The notes under the pieces: generated by a model
Databases searched by the model: none
Seen by the model: only the letters and a program-made list of their open reading frames with translations
Told to the model about the DNA's origin: nothing
Shown here: positions 1-9,609 of the stretch, in pieces
How positions within the stretch are numbered: position 1 is the first letter of the stretch
Layout: the number at the start of each line of letters is the position of its first letter
Program-made: the position numbers and the translations under genes
DNA from: an uncultured Bacilli bacterium
GTDB taxonomy: Bacteria > Bacillota_I > Bacilli_A > RF39 > UBA660
NCBI GenBank assembly: GCA_934141575.1
Contig: CAKPCJ010000001.1
Span: forward strand, 9,455-73,454
Direction: 5' to 3'
Length of the DNA stretch: 64,000 bases

Positions 1-175
1 AGTGGATGGTGAAAACTAATTACAGAAATTATCATAAATCACTCTTGATATTTTTCTCTGAATAATTAGGAGAAAACGTTAATTACGTTATAATTTCAAG
101 TGTATAATATATAATATTATAAATTAAGGTGGTACCGCGATTCTTCGTCCTTATGATGAAGGTCGTTTTTTATTT
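1..175 (+). promoter_or_regulatory. T-box riboswitch leader (probably Ile-specific) with intrinsic terminator preceding ileS; window begins inside the leader
   Basis: The conserved T-box sequence aaattaaggtggtaccgcga is at 121-140. An imperfect hairpin plus U-run (cgtccttatgatgaaggtcgtttttt, 146-175) sits immediately 5' of the ileS RBS (aggagg at 178-183). An AUCA (Ile specifier plus purine) lies in tatcataa at about 28-35. The leader starts with an agtggatggtgaaaac Stem-I-like sequence. Confidence 0.75.
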
Positions 176-188
176 ATAGGAGGATAAT

Positions 189-3100
189 ATGAGCAAATTT
201 GAAGCATTAGAAAAAGGAAAAGTAAATGAAATAGAAACAAAAATATTAAACAAATGGAGAGAAAAAGACATTTTAAAAGAAACAATTGATAATAGGGAAG
301 GGTGCAAAGACTTTGTCTTTTACGATGGACCAATATATGCAAATGCTATGCCTGGATTGCATCACCTATATGGCAAAAATATTAAGGATACATTTTGCAA
401 GTATAAAACAATGAAGGGATTTAGAGTACTAAGAAAAATTGGACTAGATACACACGGACTTCCAATAGAAGTAAACGTAGAAAAAAAACTAGGTTTCAAA
501 TCAAAATTAGATATAGAACGTTTTGGCGTTGATAAATTCAATGAAGAATGTAAAAAAGCTACTGATACTAATGTAGCCGATGTTTGCAGATTGACTGAAA
601 TGATGGGACAATTTATTGATACAAAAAATCCATACATAACTTGTAGCAATGACTTTATTGAGTCAGAATGGTGGATAGTAAAAAAATTCGCAGATGCCAA
701 CTTGCTATACCACAGTAATAAAGTATTACCATATTGTACAAGATGTGGAACAGAGTTATCTGCTCATGAAGTTGCACAAGAATATAAAGAAATATCAGTA
801 AATACAGTATATGTACCATTTAAATTAAAAAATGAAGATATATATGTGTTGGTATGGACAACAACTCCTTGGACTTTAATAGCAAATGTTGCACTATGTG
901 TTAATCCTAATGAAGATTATATTTTAGCAGCAAGCAAGGGAAACAAGTTTATTGTTGCAAAAGCGCTAGCCAATAAAGTTTTAGGTGATGAATACGAAGT
1001 ATTAGAAGAATATAAAGGTAAGGATTTAGAGTTCAAAGAATATGAACAATTAATTCCAGAACTAAAAGTCGACAAGAAAGCCTTCTATATAACTTGTGAT
1101 GATTATGTAACTATGACAGATGGTACTGGTATAGTTCATATAGCACCTGCATTTGGCGTTGATGATTCTAATGTTGCTAAAAAGTATGATTTGCCTACAT
1201 TAAACCCAGTGGGTACTGATGGAAAATATAAAGAGGGACCATGGTTAGGTAGAACCGTATACGAACCTGAACTTGAGATTGATATAATAAAATATTTAAA
1301 AGAAAACGATAAATTATTCAAAAAAGAAAAAATAAATCATAATTATCCTCATTGTTGGAGATGTAAAACACCACTTTTATATTATGCTAAGCCAGCATGG
1401 TATATAAAAACAACAGCGTATAAAGATAAAATAATAGAAGCAAATAAAAAAGTTAATTGGTATCCAAGCTTTGTTGGTGAAAAAAGATTCGCTAATTGGC
1501 TAGAAAATTTAGTTGATTGGGGAGTATCAAGAAATAGATATTGGGGTGCACCACTTCCTGTTTGGACATGTGAATGTGGACATATACATACTATTGGTTC
1601 TATTCAAGAATTAATGGACTTATCAATTGAAAAGCTAAACAGAGACGAAATAGACCTACATAGACCATATGTTGATAATATCCATATAAAATGTGAAAAG
1701 TGTGGTAAAACAATGTCAAGAGTTCCAGATGTACTTGATGTGTGGTTTGACTCTGGTTCGATGCCATTTGCACAATATCATTATCCTTTTGAAAATCAAG
1801 AATTATTTAAAAACCAATTTCCAGCTGATTTTATTGCTGAAGGTATAGATCAAACTCGTGGTTGGTTCTATGTATTATTAGTAATTTCAACATTTCTAAT
1901 GGGTGAATCACCATATAAAAACGTATTAGTAAATGATCTTTTACTTGATGCAGAAGGCAAAAAGATGAGTAAATCAAAAGGAAATATCGTCGAGCCATTT
2001 ACAACAATAGAAGAATATGGTGCAGATGTAGTAAGATTCTATCTATTATATGTTTCTCCAGTATGGACTCCTATAAAAGTAGATATGAATGGTATAAAAG
2101 AAGTACAATCAAAATTCTTTAATACATTGAAAAATACATATAATTTCTTTGAAATGTATGCTAACGCAGATAATGTAGATCCAAGAGAGTATAAATTATC
2201 TTATTCTGAACTTGAAGAAATAGATAAATGGTTAATTTCAAAATACAATAAACTAGTTAAGTATGTAAACGCTTCATTTGAGGAATATGACTTAAATAAG
2301 GTTGTAAAAGCCATAAACAACTTTGTAAACGAAGATTTATCAAATTGGTACATAAGAAGAAATAGAAGAAGATTCTGGTCCTCAGAATTAGATAATTCTA
2401 AAAAGGCTGTTTATCAAACTACATATGATATATTACTAGGGCTAACAAAAATAATCGCACCTATTACACCATTTATATCTGAAGAAATATATCAAAAATT
2501 AACAGGAAAAGAATCAGTTCATTTGGAAAACTATCCAGAATGCGATGACAACCTAATAAATGAAACTATAGAAGAAAGAATGGATCTTGTTAGAACATTA
2601 ATAAGTTTAGGAAGAAATGCTAGAGAAGAGTCAAAGATAAAAGTAAGACAACCAATAAGTGAAATATTAATAGACGGAAATAACGAATCTTTAATAAATG
2701 ATTTAGTTCCATTAATAAAAGAAGAATTAAATGTTAAAAATGTTATATTTACTAAAGAATTAGACAAATATATGAATTTTAATGTTAAACCTAATTTCAA
2801 AGAAGTTGGTAAAGTGTTTGGACCTAAAATAAAGCTATTTACAGAAGAACTTTTAAAATTAGATTCTAACAATATAAGTAAATTAAATAATAATGAATCA
2901 ATAGAAATAACTTTTGAAGGGAATGCTTTAACTATAGAACCTAATATGGTAGATATTAGAATAGAAGCAAAAGATGGTTTTGATGTAGTATATGAAAACA
3001 ACAACTTTGTAATATTAAATACATTATTAACTAAAGATTTAATTGATGAAGGAATAGCAAGAGAATTAGTTTCAAAAATTCAAAATGCAAGAAAAGAAAA

Positions 3101-3293
3101 AGACTTTGAAATAACTGACAGAATAAATATATATTACTCGGGAAGTAAGTACTTTGAAGAAATATTAACAAATTTCAACGATTTTATAAAAAGTGAAACT
3201 TTATGTAATGAATTCATAAAATCTGAAGAATTATCAGATGAATACAATTTAAATGGTGAAATAGTTAAACTAGATGTAAAACAAATAAAATAA
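189..3293 (+). CDS. ileS: Isoleucyl-tRNA synthetase, type 2 (long, eukaryote-like form without C-terminal zinc finger)
   Basis: 1034 aa. Contains HLYGK (HIGH-region variant), WTTTPWTL, KMSKSKGN and GWDTHGLP-like motifs typical of IleRS. No C-terminal CxxC cluster. Preceded by a T-box leader. Confidence 0.9.
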   Translation: MSKFEALEKGKVNEIETKILNKWREKDILKETIDNREGCKDFVFYDGPIYANAMPGLHHLYGKNIKDTFCKYKTMKGFRVLRKIGLDTHGLPIEVNVEKKLGFKSKLDIERFGVDKFNEECKKATDTNVADVCRLTEMMGQFIDTKNPYITCSNDFIESEWWIVKKFADANLLYHSNKVLPYCTRCGTELSAHEVAQEYKEISVNTVYVPFKLKNEDIYVLVWTTTPWTLIANVALCVNPNEDYILAASKGNKFIVAKALANKVLGDEYEVLEEYKGKDLEFKEYEQLIPELKVDKKAFYITCDDYVTMTDGTGIVHIAPAFGVDDSNVAKKYDLPTLNPVGTDGKYKEGPWLGRTVYEPELEIDIIKYLKENDKLFKKEKINHNYPHCWRCKTPLLYYAKPAWYIKTTAYKDKIIEANKKVNWYPSFVGEKRFANWLENLVDWGVSRNRYWGAPLPVWTCECGHIHTIGSIQELMDLSIEKLNRDEIDLHRPYVDNIHIKCEKCGKTMSRVPDVLDVWFDSGSMPFAQYHYPFENQELFKNQFPADFIAEGIDQTRGWFYVLLVISTFLMGESPYKNVLVNDLLLDAEGKKMSKSKGNIVEPFTTIEEYGADVVRFYLLYVSPVWTPIKVDMNGIKEVQSKFFNTLKNTYNFFEMYANADNVDPREYKLSYSELEEIDKWLISKYNKLVKYVNASFEEYDLNKVVKAINNFVNEDLSNWYIRRNRRRFWSSELDNSKKAVYQTTYDILLGLTKIIAPITPFISEEIYQKLTGKESVHLENYPECDDNLINETIEERMDLVRTLISLGRNAREESKIKVRQPISEILIDGNNESLINDLVPLIKEELNVKNVIFTKELDKYMNFNVKPNFKEVGKVFGPKIKLFTEELLKLDSNNISKLNNNESIEITFEGNALTIEPNMVDIRIEAKDGFDVVYENNNFVILNTLLTKDLIDEGIARELVSKIQNARKEKDFEITDRINIYYSGSKYFEEILTNFNDFIKSETLCNEFIKSEELSDEYNLNGEIVKLDVKQIK

Positions 3294-3312
3294 GGGATAA
3301 TCCCTTTTTTTA
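3293..3312 (+). terminator. Rho-independent terminator after ileS
   Basis: gggataatccc hairpin followed by ttttttta directly after the ileS stop codon. Confidence 0.55.
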
Positions 3313-3355
3313 TTTTATAAACTGATTACTGTAATAAAAAAAGTGCCTAGCGCAC

Positions 3356-4021
3356 TTAAATACATTTTGGTTTATCCTTCTCATCCAAATTTTTGTCTAA
3401 TATATTACTGGCTATCAAAGATAGTTTTTCGCATAGGGAATCAATTTGTCGATGAAGTTTATTATTTTGATCATTCAATTCCTCATTTCTTGATTCCAAA
3501 GAAACAATTCGGTCATGTGTTTTCGAACGTTCTAAATAATACTTATCTAATTCATCTCTACTCTGTTTGTTACTTGCTCTTAAGGCAATATTCTCTTGAT
3601 ACAATTCATACATTTGCATCATTGATGTACTACCATAAGTTCCATCATATCCCTTTTCGCTTAATATTCTCATAGTTTCTAATGATAATGGGCCATTGTA
3701 AGACTCTATACAAATTCTATTACATAATTTAGAAACAGCTATATCGCGTTTAATTTCAAGACTTTTAGTTTGCTGCATATACTTTGAAATTTCAGAAGAT
3801 TGATTAATCCCACTATCTTTAGCTTCATTCAACTGCTTTTTTGAAATTTCAAAAAAACTAGCAACAGATATCAAATTTAGAATATTATCTAGCGTTAGAT
3901 TAACCTTGAATCTTTGATTTATTTCTTCTAAAACTTTCAAAATTTGGCCTTGATCACCAGAAGAAATTTCTAAACTTCTATTGTCAAGTAGCCCTAAAAC
4001 TTCATTATATTTGTCAAACAT
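3356..4021 (-). CDS. Hypothetical coiled-coil protein
   Basis: 221-aa ORF with charged, heptad-like, Glu/Lys/Leu-rich sequence. No recognisable catalytic motif. Divergent from sigK. Confidence 0.45.
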   Translation of the reverse strand: MFDKYNEVLGLLDNRSLEISSGDQGQILKVLEEINQRFKVNLTLDNILNLISVASFFEISKKQLNEAKDSGINQSSEISKYMQQTKSLEIKRDIAVSKLCNRICIESYNGPLSLETMRILSEKGYDGTYGSTSMMQMYELYQENIALRASNKQSRDELDKYYLERSKTHDRIVSLESRNEELNDQNNKLHRQIDSLCEKLSLIASNILDKNLDEKDKPKCI

Positions 4022-4089
4022 TATCTTCCATCTCCTAAAGCAATTGTATCAAATATAATTTTGCAATACAACAAAAGTGTAAAAATAAA

Positions 4090-4128
4090 TGTAAATAATT
4101 TACACATTATAATTCATATGATTAAATA
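4090..4128 (+). promoter_or_regulatory. Putative sporulation-type (sigma-E/sigma-K-like) promoter for sigK
   Basis: A CATATGAT -10-like element (CATA---T pattern) at about 4113-4120 with AT-rich aataatt about 14 nt upstream. There is no sigma-A TTGACA/TATAAT pair. Assignment is tentative. Confidence 0.25.
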
Positions 4129-4138
4129 GGAGGTATAT

Positions 4139-4837
4139 ATGTTTGTCAATTTATTAAATTTACTTTTAAAATCATGTATCTTTGCATGTGGTTCTTATTC
4201 AAACAACGTATTTCCAGATCCACTTAGTAAAGAAGAAGAAGAGGAACTCATAAGGAAACACTTAGAAGGTGATAAAAATGCTAGAAACAAGCTTATTGAA
4301 CATAATCTTAGATTAGTTGCACACATAGTCAAAAAATTTGAAAAAACTAATGAGGATTTAGATGATCTTATAAGTATAGGTACAATTGGACTTATAAAGG
4401 GAATTGATAGTTATTCAATGGAAAAAGGAACAAGGATAACAACTTACAGTGCTAGATGTATAGAAAACGAAATATTAATGTACTTTAGGACTAATAAAAA
4501 ACTTAGCAAGAATATAAGCCTTAATGAACAAGTCGGATATGATAAAGATGGAAATGAAATAACATTTATAGATATATTAAAAACTCCAGATCCAGATTAT
4601 GTAGAAGACATTAACAAAAAAGATAATATAAAATCTCTGGAAAAATATTTTAAAGTACTAAGCGAAATCGAAAAGAAAATAATTATAAAAAGATACGGAT
4701 TTGATGGCAATGATGAGATGACACAAAAGGAGATAGCGAAGGAGTTGTCAATTTCAAGAAGTTATGTTTCAAGAATAGAAAAAAGGGCTCTTACAAAGAT
4801 TTTAAGGGAGTTTATAAAAAATAAAAAACATTTTTAA
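4139..4837 (+). CDS. sigK: RNA polymerase sporulation sigma factor pro-sigma-K (uninterrupted)
   Basis: LIEHNLRLVAHIVKKFE, DLISIGTIGLIKGI, ARCIENEILMY and ISRSYVSRIEKRAL match the SigK/SigE sigma-70 subfamily and are closest to SigK. There is an N-terminal roughly 20-aa pro-sequence ending ...NNVFPDPLSKEEE (the FPxPLS pro-sigma processing region). Strong RBS aggagg. Confidence 0.85.
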   Translation: MFVNLLNLLLKSCIFACGSYSNNVFPDPLSKEEEEELIRKHLEGDKNARNKLIEHNLRLVAHIVKKFEKTNEDLDDLISIGTIGLIKGIDSYSMEKGTRITTYSARCIENEILMYFRTNKKLSKNISLNEQVGYDKDGNEITFIDILKTPDPDYVEDINKKDNIKSLEKYFKVLSEIEKKIIIKRYGFDGNDEMTQKEIAKELSISRSYVSRIEKRALTKILREFIKNKKHF

Positions 4838-4883
4838 TTGACAAAAAAGAAATTATATTCTAAAGTATCACTAGGTGATTTTT

Positions 4884-5654
4884 ATGCGCTTAATAAAAGA
4901 AGAAGACGAAATTATTAGAAAACATATTGAAAATCAATTAGAAAGTTTGTCAGAAAATGCGATGATTCATTTAGATAAAGAATTATTAGAAAGATTAATA
5001 TTCACTGAACTTGTTACAGTAGATGGGTTAGTGTTAAAATATCCAATATGGACCGGAAGTTTTTTAAGAAAAATAGATTTAAGTGAAATATCCTTTGATG
5101 ATGTATGTTGGAGTTTTAAAATTAACAAACTAATTCCTGAATTTAAAAAAAGTGAAAAATATTTAATAGATTTGAGTTACACAAATGCCAAAATAGATTT
5201 TTCTACAAGATATCCAGGAACAAATGATTTGATAAGGTGTAATTTTAGCCATGTTGATTTAAAAAACTCAAATATAGCATCAATAAATAATATGGTTTGC
5301 GTAGATATTAGCTACACAAACGCCGAAATAAATCTAAATAATTTAATAGCGGGTGATTGTAATTTTTCAGGATTAGATTTGTCTTCATATGAAATTGATA
5401 GTAGAAATTTAAGTGGGGAGATAAAACCTTTTCTAGTAAACACTAATTTAAGTGAAACTGGAATTTCTATAAAACATTCTGATAAAAAATATGAAAAACT
5501 ATTAAATTTTTTGATAAAAGACAATTTATTAGAGAACTGCTATATAAACGGAAAATTTATATTTAAGAGAGAAGCCTCATCTATATCAAATGAGACAATA
5601 GAAATATTAAATAATATAACAAAGGAGATAAACTATGTTAAGAAAAAAAGATAA
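4884..5654 (+). CDS. Hypothetical protein with pentapeptide-repeat-like segments
   Basis: The ORF track starts at a GTG at 4875; an ATG at 4884 follows RBS aggtga. The central region shows repeated xNFSxxDLxxx units (CNFSHVDLKNS, DCNFSGLDLSS, DISYTNAEINL). Confidence 0.4.
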   Translation: MRLIKEEDEIIRKHIENQLESLSENAMIHLDKELLERLIFTELVTVDGLVLKYPIWTGSFLRKIDLSEISFDDVCWSFKINKLIPEFKKSEKYLIDLSYTNAKIDFSTRYPGTNDLIRCNFSHVDLKNSNIASINNMVCVDISYTNAEINLNNLIAGDCNFSGLDLSSYEIDSRNLSGEIKPFLVNTNLSETGISIKHSDKKYEKLLNFLIKDNLLENCYINGKFIFKREASSISNETIEILNNITKEINYVKKKR

Positions 5655-5910
5655 TGAAATAAAAGAGTTAAAGCTTGAGCTTGGAACACTAAGATTATAC
5701 AAAGGAATTAATATAGCTAGATTAGGTATGTATTCTCTAGCAGGAAGTTTAGTAGCCGCGTTATCAATACATTATGGTGATTCCATGGCATTAATAGTTT
5801 CAGGTTTAGTTATACGCAACGGGGTAAAAGCATTATCCGAGTGTTACAACATAAGTGATGAAATAAGAAATGCAAAAAGCAAAATTAAATATAAATCCGA
5901 GTTAAAATAA
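5635..5910 (+). CDS. Small hydrophobic protein (91 aa), overlaps upstream gene by 20 nt
   Basis: ORF with a central hydrophobic stretch (MYSLAGSLVAALSIHYGDSMALIVSGLVI). Translational overlap with the preceding ORF suggests co-expression. Confidence 0.35.
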   Translation: MLRKKDNEIKELKLELGTLRLYKGINIARLGMYSLAGSLVAALSIHYGDSMALIVSGLVIRNGVKALSECYNISDEIRNAKSKIKYKSELK

Positions 5911-5992
5911 TTAATTTTAAGGTCAAATAAAAAACATTTGACTTTTTTTATAAATAGTGTATAATATTCTTCTACGAAAAGGGGAGATATAT

Positions 5993-6487
5993 ATGTATAT
6001 AGAAAGTTTTGATGTAGAAAATAAAATTCAAAGTGAAATTGGAAAATTATATGTAAATGACATGGACGAAGAAATGCAAAGGACTGTTATAGATAAATTG
6101 TTATGTCATTACACAAAAAGTAAAATACTAAAGTATACAGGAAAACATTTAAATACTAGTGATTTTATGAGTACAATAAAAGCAATAGACCTTCTTTTAA
6201 TAGAAGGTGACGTAAGAAATGACTTTTATAACAATTATACTCAATTAATAATTAAGCTAATTGGCAAAAAACAAAATTCAGCAATAACATGGAGAGAAGA
6301 TAGCGGAGAACACAAACCTGTACTAAGAAATGTAGTAACATGTAATAAAATTGATACAATAATAACAGGTAAAGAAAATGACGCACTAGATAACATAGCA
6401 GAAATATATTCATTATACAATGTAAACATAGAAGACCTAATAAGCGAAATGAATAATGGCAACCGTGCTTATACAAAAGCATGCTAA
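5993..6487 (+). CDS. Hypothetical protein
   Basis: ORF with RBS aaaggggag 6-8 nt upstream of the ATG at 5993 (the track's ATG at 5957 lacks an RBS). No recognisable motifs. Confidence 0.4.
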   Translation: MYIESFDVENKIQSEIGKLYVNDMDEEMQRTVIDKLLCHYTKSKILKYTGKHLNTSDFMSTIKAIDLLLIEGDVRNDFYNNYTQLIIKLIGKKQNSAITWREDSGEHKPVLRNVVTCNKIDTIITGKENDALDNIAEIYSLYNVNIEDLISEMNNGNRAYTKAC

Positions 6488-6541
6488 CAATTTGTATTTA
6501 ATCTAAGTTTATGGTATATTATTTAATATAGGAGTGTTGCT

Positions 6542-7063
6542 ATGGATAAATTTTTACCAGATATTTACCAAAAAAGTATTTATACTATAAATTATGCAAA
6601 ATTAAAAGATCGTGGGATTAAGTGCATTTTATTTGATTTAGATAATACCTTATCACCAACAAACATGAAAGAACCCTCACAAAAATTAATAGACTTAATA
6701 AACGAACTGAAAGATATGGGGTTCAAAATAATAATATTTTCAAACAGTCACAAAAAAAGAATAAAACCGTTTAAAGATGGGCTTATGATTGATGCCGCTC
6801 ATTCTTGCATGAAACCATTTAAGAAAAAGTTCATAAAGATTATGCAAATATATGGTTTTAATGAATCAGAAATTGCAATTGTAGGGGATCAATTATTAAC
6901 AGATATTCTAGGTGGTAATAAAGTTGATATAACAACAATTTTAATTAATCCAATTAGTAAAAAAGATGGAGTATTTACTATACTCAACAGAATGATTGAA
7001 AAGAGAATATTTAAAAAGTTTAAAAAGAATAATTTATTTGAGAAGGGAACTTACTATGAATAA
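6542..7063 (+). CDS. yqeG: YqeG-family HAD-superfamily (IIIA) phosphatase
   Basis: Has the ILFDLDNTL DxDxT motif I and GDQLLTD motif. Size 173 aa. Sits immediately upstream of yqeH as in Bacillus. Confidence 0.8.
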   Translation: MDKFLPDIYQKSIYTINYAKLKDRGIKCILFDLDNTLSPTNMKEPSQKLIDLINELKDMGFKIIIFSNSHKKRIKPFKDGLMIDAAHSCMKPFKKKFIKIMQIYGFNESEIAIVGDQLLTDILGGNKVDITTILINPISKKDGVFTILNRMIEKRIFKKFKKNNLFEKGTYYE

Positions 7064-8069
7064 AAAGTGTGTTGGCTGTGGAGCTACTATGCAATGCATA
7101 GAAAAAGACGAAGAGGGGTTTGTTGAAGAAAATAATTATTCTACCGCTGAATTATGTAAAAGATGTTTTAGAATTAAATATTATGGAGATTATAAAATAA
7201 TAAATAAAAATAATAACGATTTTTTAAAAATACTTAAAAGCATTGGAAAAACAGGTGATTTAGTATTATATATGGTAGATATCTTTAACATAGATAAAGA
7301 TATAGAAGATATATATAGATATTTAAATAACCCTGTTATACTAGTAATAACTAAAAAAGATATTTTGCCAAAATCAGTAACAGATAATAAAATACTAGAT
7401 TATTTCAATAAACAAGGGTTGAATGTTAAAGCATCAATAGTTATAAGTAGTAAGAAAAATTACAACTTTGATAGACTTTATCAATTGATAAGAATGTATA
7501 AACAATCTAATAATGTATACATTGTTGGAAATACAAATGTAGGTAAAAGTACATTTGTAAATAGATGCATAAATAATTTTGGAAACAAGCTTCCAAATGT
7601 AACAACATCTATCTTACCTTCAACAACTCTCGATTGTTTGAAAGTAGACATAAATGAATATTTAACATTAGTCGATACACCAGGTATAATATCTAGCAAT
7701 AGTTATATTAATACACCAGACATAAAGAAGTTAAAAAAAATAATACCTAAAAGAACTATAAAACCTATAATATATCAATTAAAAACAAGTACAAGTTTAC
7801 TAATCGATGATTTAGCAAGGGTAGATATAGAAGAAATAAATAAAATATGTAACATAGTTTTATATATATCAAATGACATAAAAATCAAAAAAGCAAATGT
7901 ATTTACAAACAACATTTTGAGAGAGCAAAAATGTCACGAATTTGTGATATCAAAAAGAGAAGATATTGTAATAAATGGCCTTGGATGGATAAAAATTTCC
8001 TCTCCATGCACAATTAGAATATACTTGCCAAAAGATATTGATGTATATAGAAGAAACTGTTTGATTTAA
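7059..8069 (+). CDS. yqeH: Ribosome biogenesis GTPase YqeH (circularly permuted GTPase with N-terminal zinc ribbon)
   Basis: N-terminal CVGCG...CKRC zinc ribbon and G1 motif GNTNVGKST. The likely true start is MNKKCVGCG at 7059, which overlaps the yqeG stop. Confidence 0.85.
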   Translation, partial: NKKCVGCGATMQCIEKDEEGFVEENNYSTAELCKRCFRIKYYGDYKIINKNNNDFLKILKSIGKTGDLVLYMVDIFNIDKDIEDIYRYLNNPVILVITKKDILPKSVTDNKILDYFNKQGLNVKASIVISSKKNYNFDRLYQLIRMYKQSNNVYIVGNTNVGKSTFVNRCINNFGNKLPNVTTSILPSTTLDCLKVDINEYLTLVDTPGIISSNSYINTPDIKKLKKIIPKRTIKPIIYQLKTSTSLLIDDLARVDIEEINKICNIVLYISNDIKIKKANVFTNNILREQKCHEFVISKREDIVINGLGWIKISSPCTIRIYLPKDIDVYRRNCLI

Positions 8070-8096
8070 GAAATATAAACATATTTCTTTTTTTAA
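8070..8096 (+). terminator. Rho-independent terminator after yqeH
   Basis: gaaatataaacatatttc hairpin followed by ttttttt. Confidence 0.5.
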
Positions 8097-8205
8097 TATC
8101 TTATTGTATAATTTATCTATAATAGAGAAGTACTGGCACTAAAATTTATATTTAATACTATTATTGTAGCAGTAAATAAAATTTCAAGTAAAGAAGTGTG
8201 ATAAT

Positions 8206-9570
8206 ATGAAAAAAATAAATAAATTATTATTATTGTCTTCAATAATGATAGTAATATCATCAATTTTATTAGCAACAAAAAATATATCATACTTAAATAT
8301 AGATAATTTCAATGCTAGGTACGATTACAGCGTAAATATTGAAAGAAATATAACATTTCCATTTCTACTTAAAAGGGGCCTAGAACACTCGTTGAATTGG
8401 AATGGAAGAATAGGTGAATTAATGTTATATTTAATTGCTCCTTTGCCAGATATAATATATAAGATTTTAAATATATTTTTTTATGTTATATTTATGCTTT
8501 TAATAATGAAGTATTCCCTAGATTATAAGGATATAAAAAATAACAAATCATTTTTATATCCGCTAATAATAACTGTATTAGTATTATATCTGGATCCATT
8601 ATTATGGAACACATATTTATGGATGGCGGGATCTTGCAATCATCTATGGGGGCTTTGTATATTAATGATAGCATTCTTACCCATAAGACAATTTTTCTTT
8701 AACTCCTACAAAATAAAAACAGTAAAACTTATACCATACATCATGATAATGTTTATTGCAGGAACAGTATCAGAATCTTATGTTCCATTTGTTTTAGGAT
8801 TAACACTACTTATCCTAATATATAAGGTAATAAAAGAAAAAAAAATATACAATTGGGTATTATTTTCATTTATTTCAATGCTGTTAGGATACATATGGTT
8901 AGTATTTTTATGTCCATCAACAAAAATAAGATATTTGTTTTATCAAGATACGTCACAAACAATAAGTATAAAAGAAATAATATTTCAGAAATTCTTTTTT
9001 GGATTCAAACCATATATAATATTAATTACTATATTAATAATTATATATTTGATAACATTTTTAATAAAAAAATATATATTAAAACAACAAATCAAATTAA
9101 AAAAATCATTTATTTATAATTTGTTATTATATATATTCTCATATTCAAGTATTTTTGTGATGTTTTTTTCATCAACCTATAATAATCGCTCTGTATTTAT
9201 AATATGCTTTACAACATTAATTTTAGCAATATACTTAATAAATGAAATTTTAAATGAATTCAACTATATGTTAACATACATCATTTCAATATTTTGCGTA
9301 GTAGCTATAGCAATATATTCATTTTATCTAGATACTAGATATACCGAATATAAAAATTTCAGTGATTTAAGAAAACAATATATCGAAAAACAAATAAACA
9401 CTCAGAAAGATACAATAATTGTTCCTATTTATAGCAACATAAAAAATGACAGAATTTTTGACCTTGCATATGAAACACAGCTATGTTCACACGACATATT
9501 AAAAAGAAAATATGAAATAGGTGATAACATAAAAATACTTTGTGTAGATAATTATTCAATTAACAAATAA
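8206..9570 (+). CDS. Polytopic integral membrane protein (about 10-12 TM) with C-terminal soluble tail, function unknown
   Basis: 454 aa with many hydrophobic helices. RBS and an extended -10 (TGTATAAT at about 8104-8111) upstream. Followed 39 nt later by the pilin-like gene. Confidence 0.5.
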   Translation: MKKINKLLLLSSIMIVISSILLATKNISYLNIDNFNARYDYSVNIERNITFPFLLKRGLEHSLNWNGRIGELMLYLIAPLPDIIYKILNIFFYVIFMLLIMKYSLDYKDIKNNKSFLYPLIITVLVLYLDPLLWNTYLWMAGSCNHLWGLCILMIAFLPIRQFFFNSYKIKTVKLIPYIMIMFIAGTVSESYVPFVLGLTLLILIYKVIKEKKIYNWVLFSFISMLLGYIWLVFLCPSTKIRYLFYQDTSQTISIKEIIFQKFFFGFKPYIILITILIIIYLITFLIKKYILKQQIKLKKSFIYNLLLYIFSYSSIFVMFFSSTYNNRSVFIICFTTLILAIYLINEILNEFNYMLTYIISIFCVVAIAIYSFYLDTRYTEYKNFSDLRKQYIEKQINTQKDTIIVPIYSNIKNDRIFDLAYETQLCSHDILKRKYEIGDNIKILCVDNYSINK

Positions 9571-9609
9571 ATTATGATATAATAATATAGAAATAATAAA
9601 GGAGTTCTT

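Noticed and set aside
151-342. 63-aa minus-strand ORF overlapping the T-box leader and ileS start
   Set aside because: It is antisense to a structured leader RNA and to the ileS 5' end, and is low-complexity (Leu/Phe/Ile-rich) as expected from an AT-rich reverse frame. No RBS.
362-3004. Minus-strand ORFs nested inside ileS (362..700, 1136..1321, 2531..3004)
   Set aside because: They are fully nested antisense frames within a well-supported 1034-aa gene, with the hydrophobic low-complexity composition typical of AT-rich shadow ORFs.
4139-4837. Possible skin-like intervening element in sigK
   Set aside because: The sigK reading frame is continuous from the pro-sequence through region 4.2 (232 aa) with no recombinase in between. 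No interruption is present.
6996-7058. Upstream extension of yqeH in the ORF track (starting at 6996, overlapping yqeG by 68 nt)
   Set aside because: The YqeH-family N-terminus begins at the zinc-ribbon (MNKKCVGCG). The internal ATG at 7059 has a plausible RBS, and the extension would overlap the yqeG C-terminus extensively.
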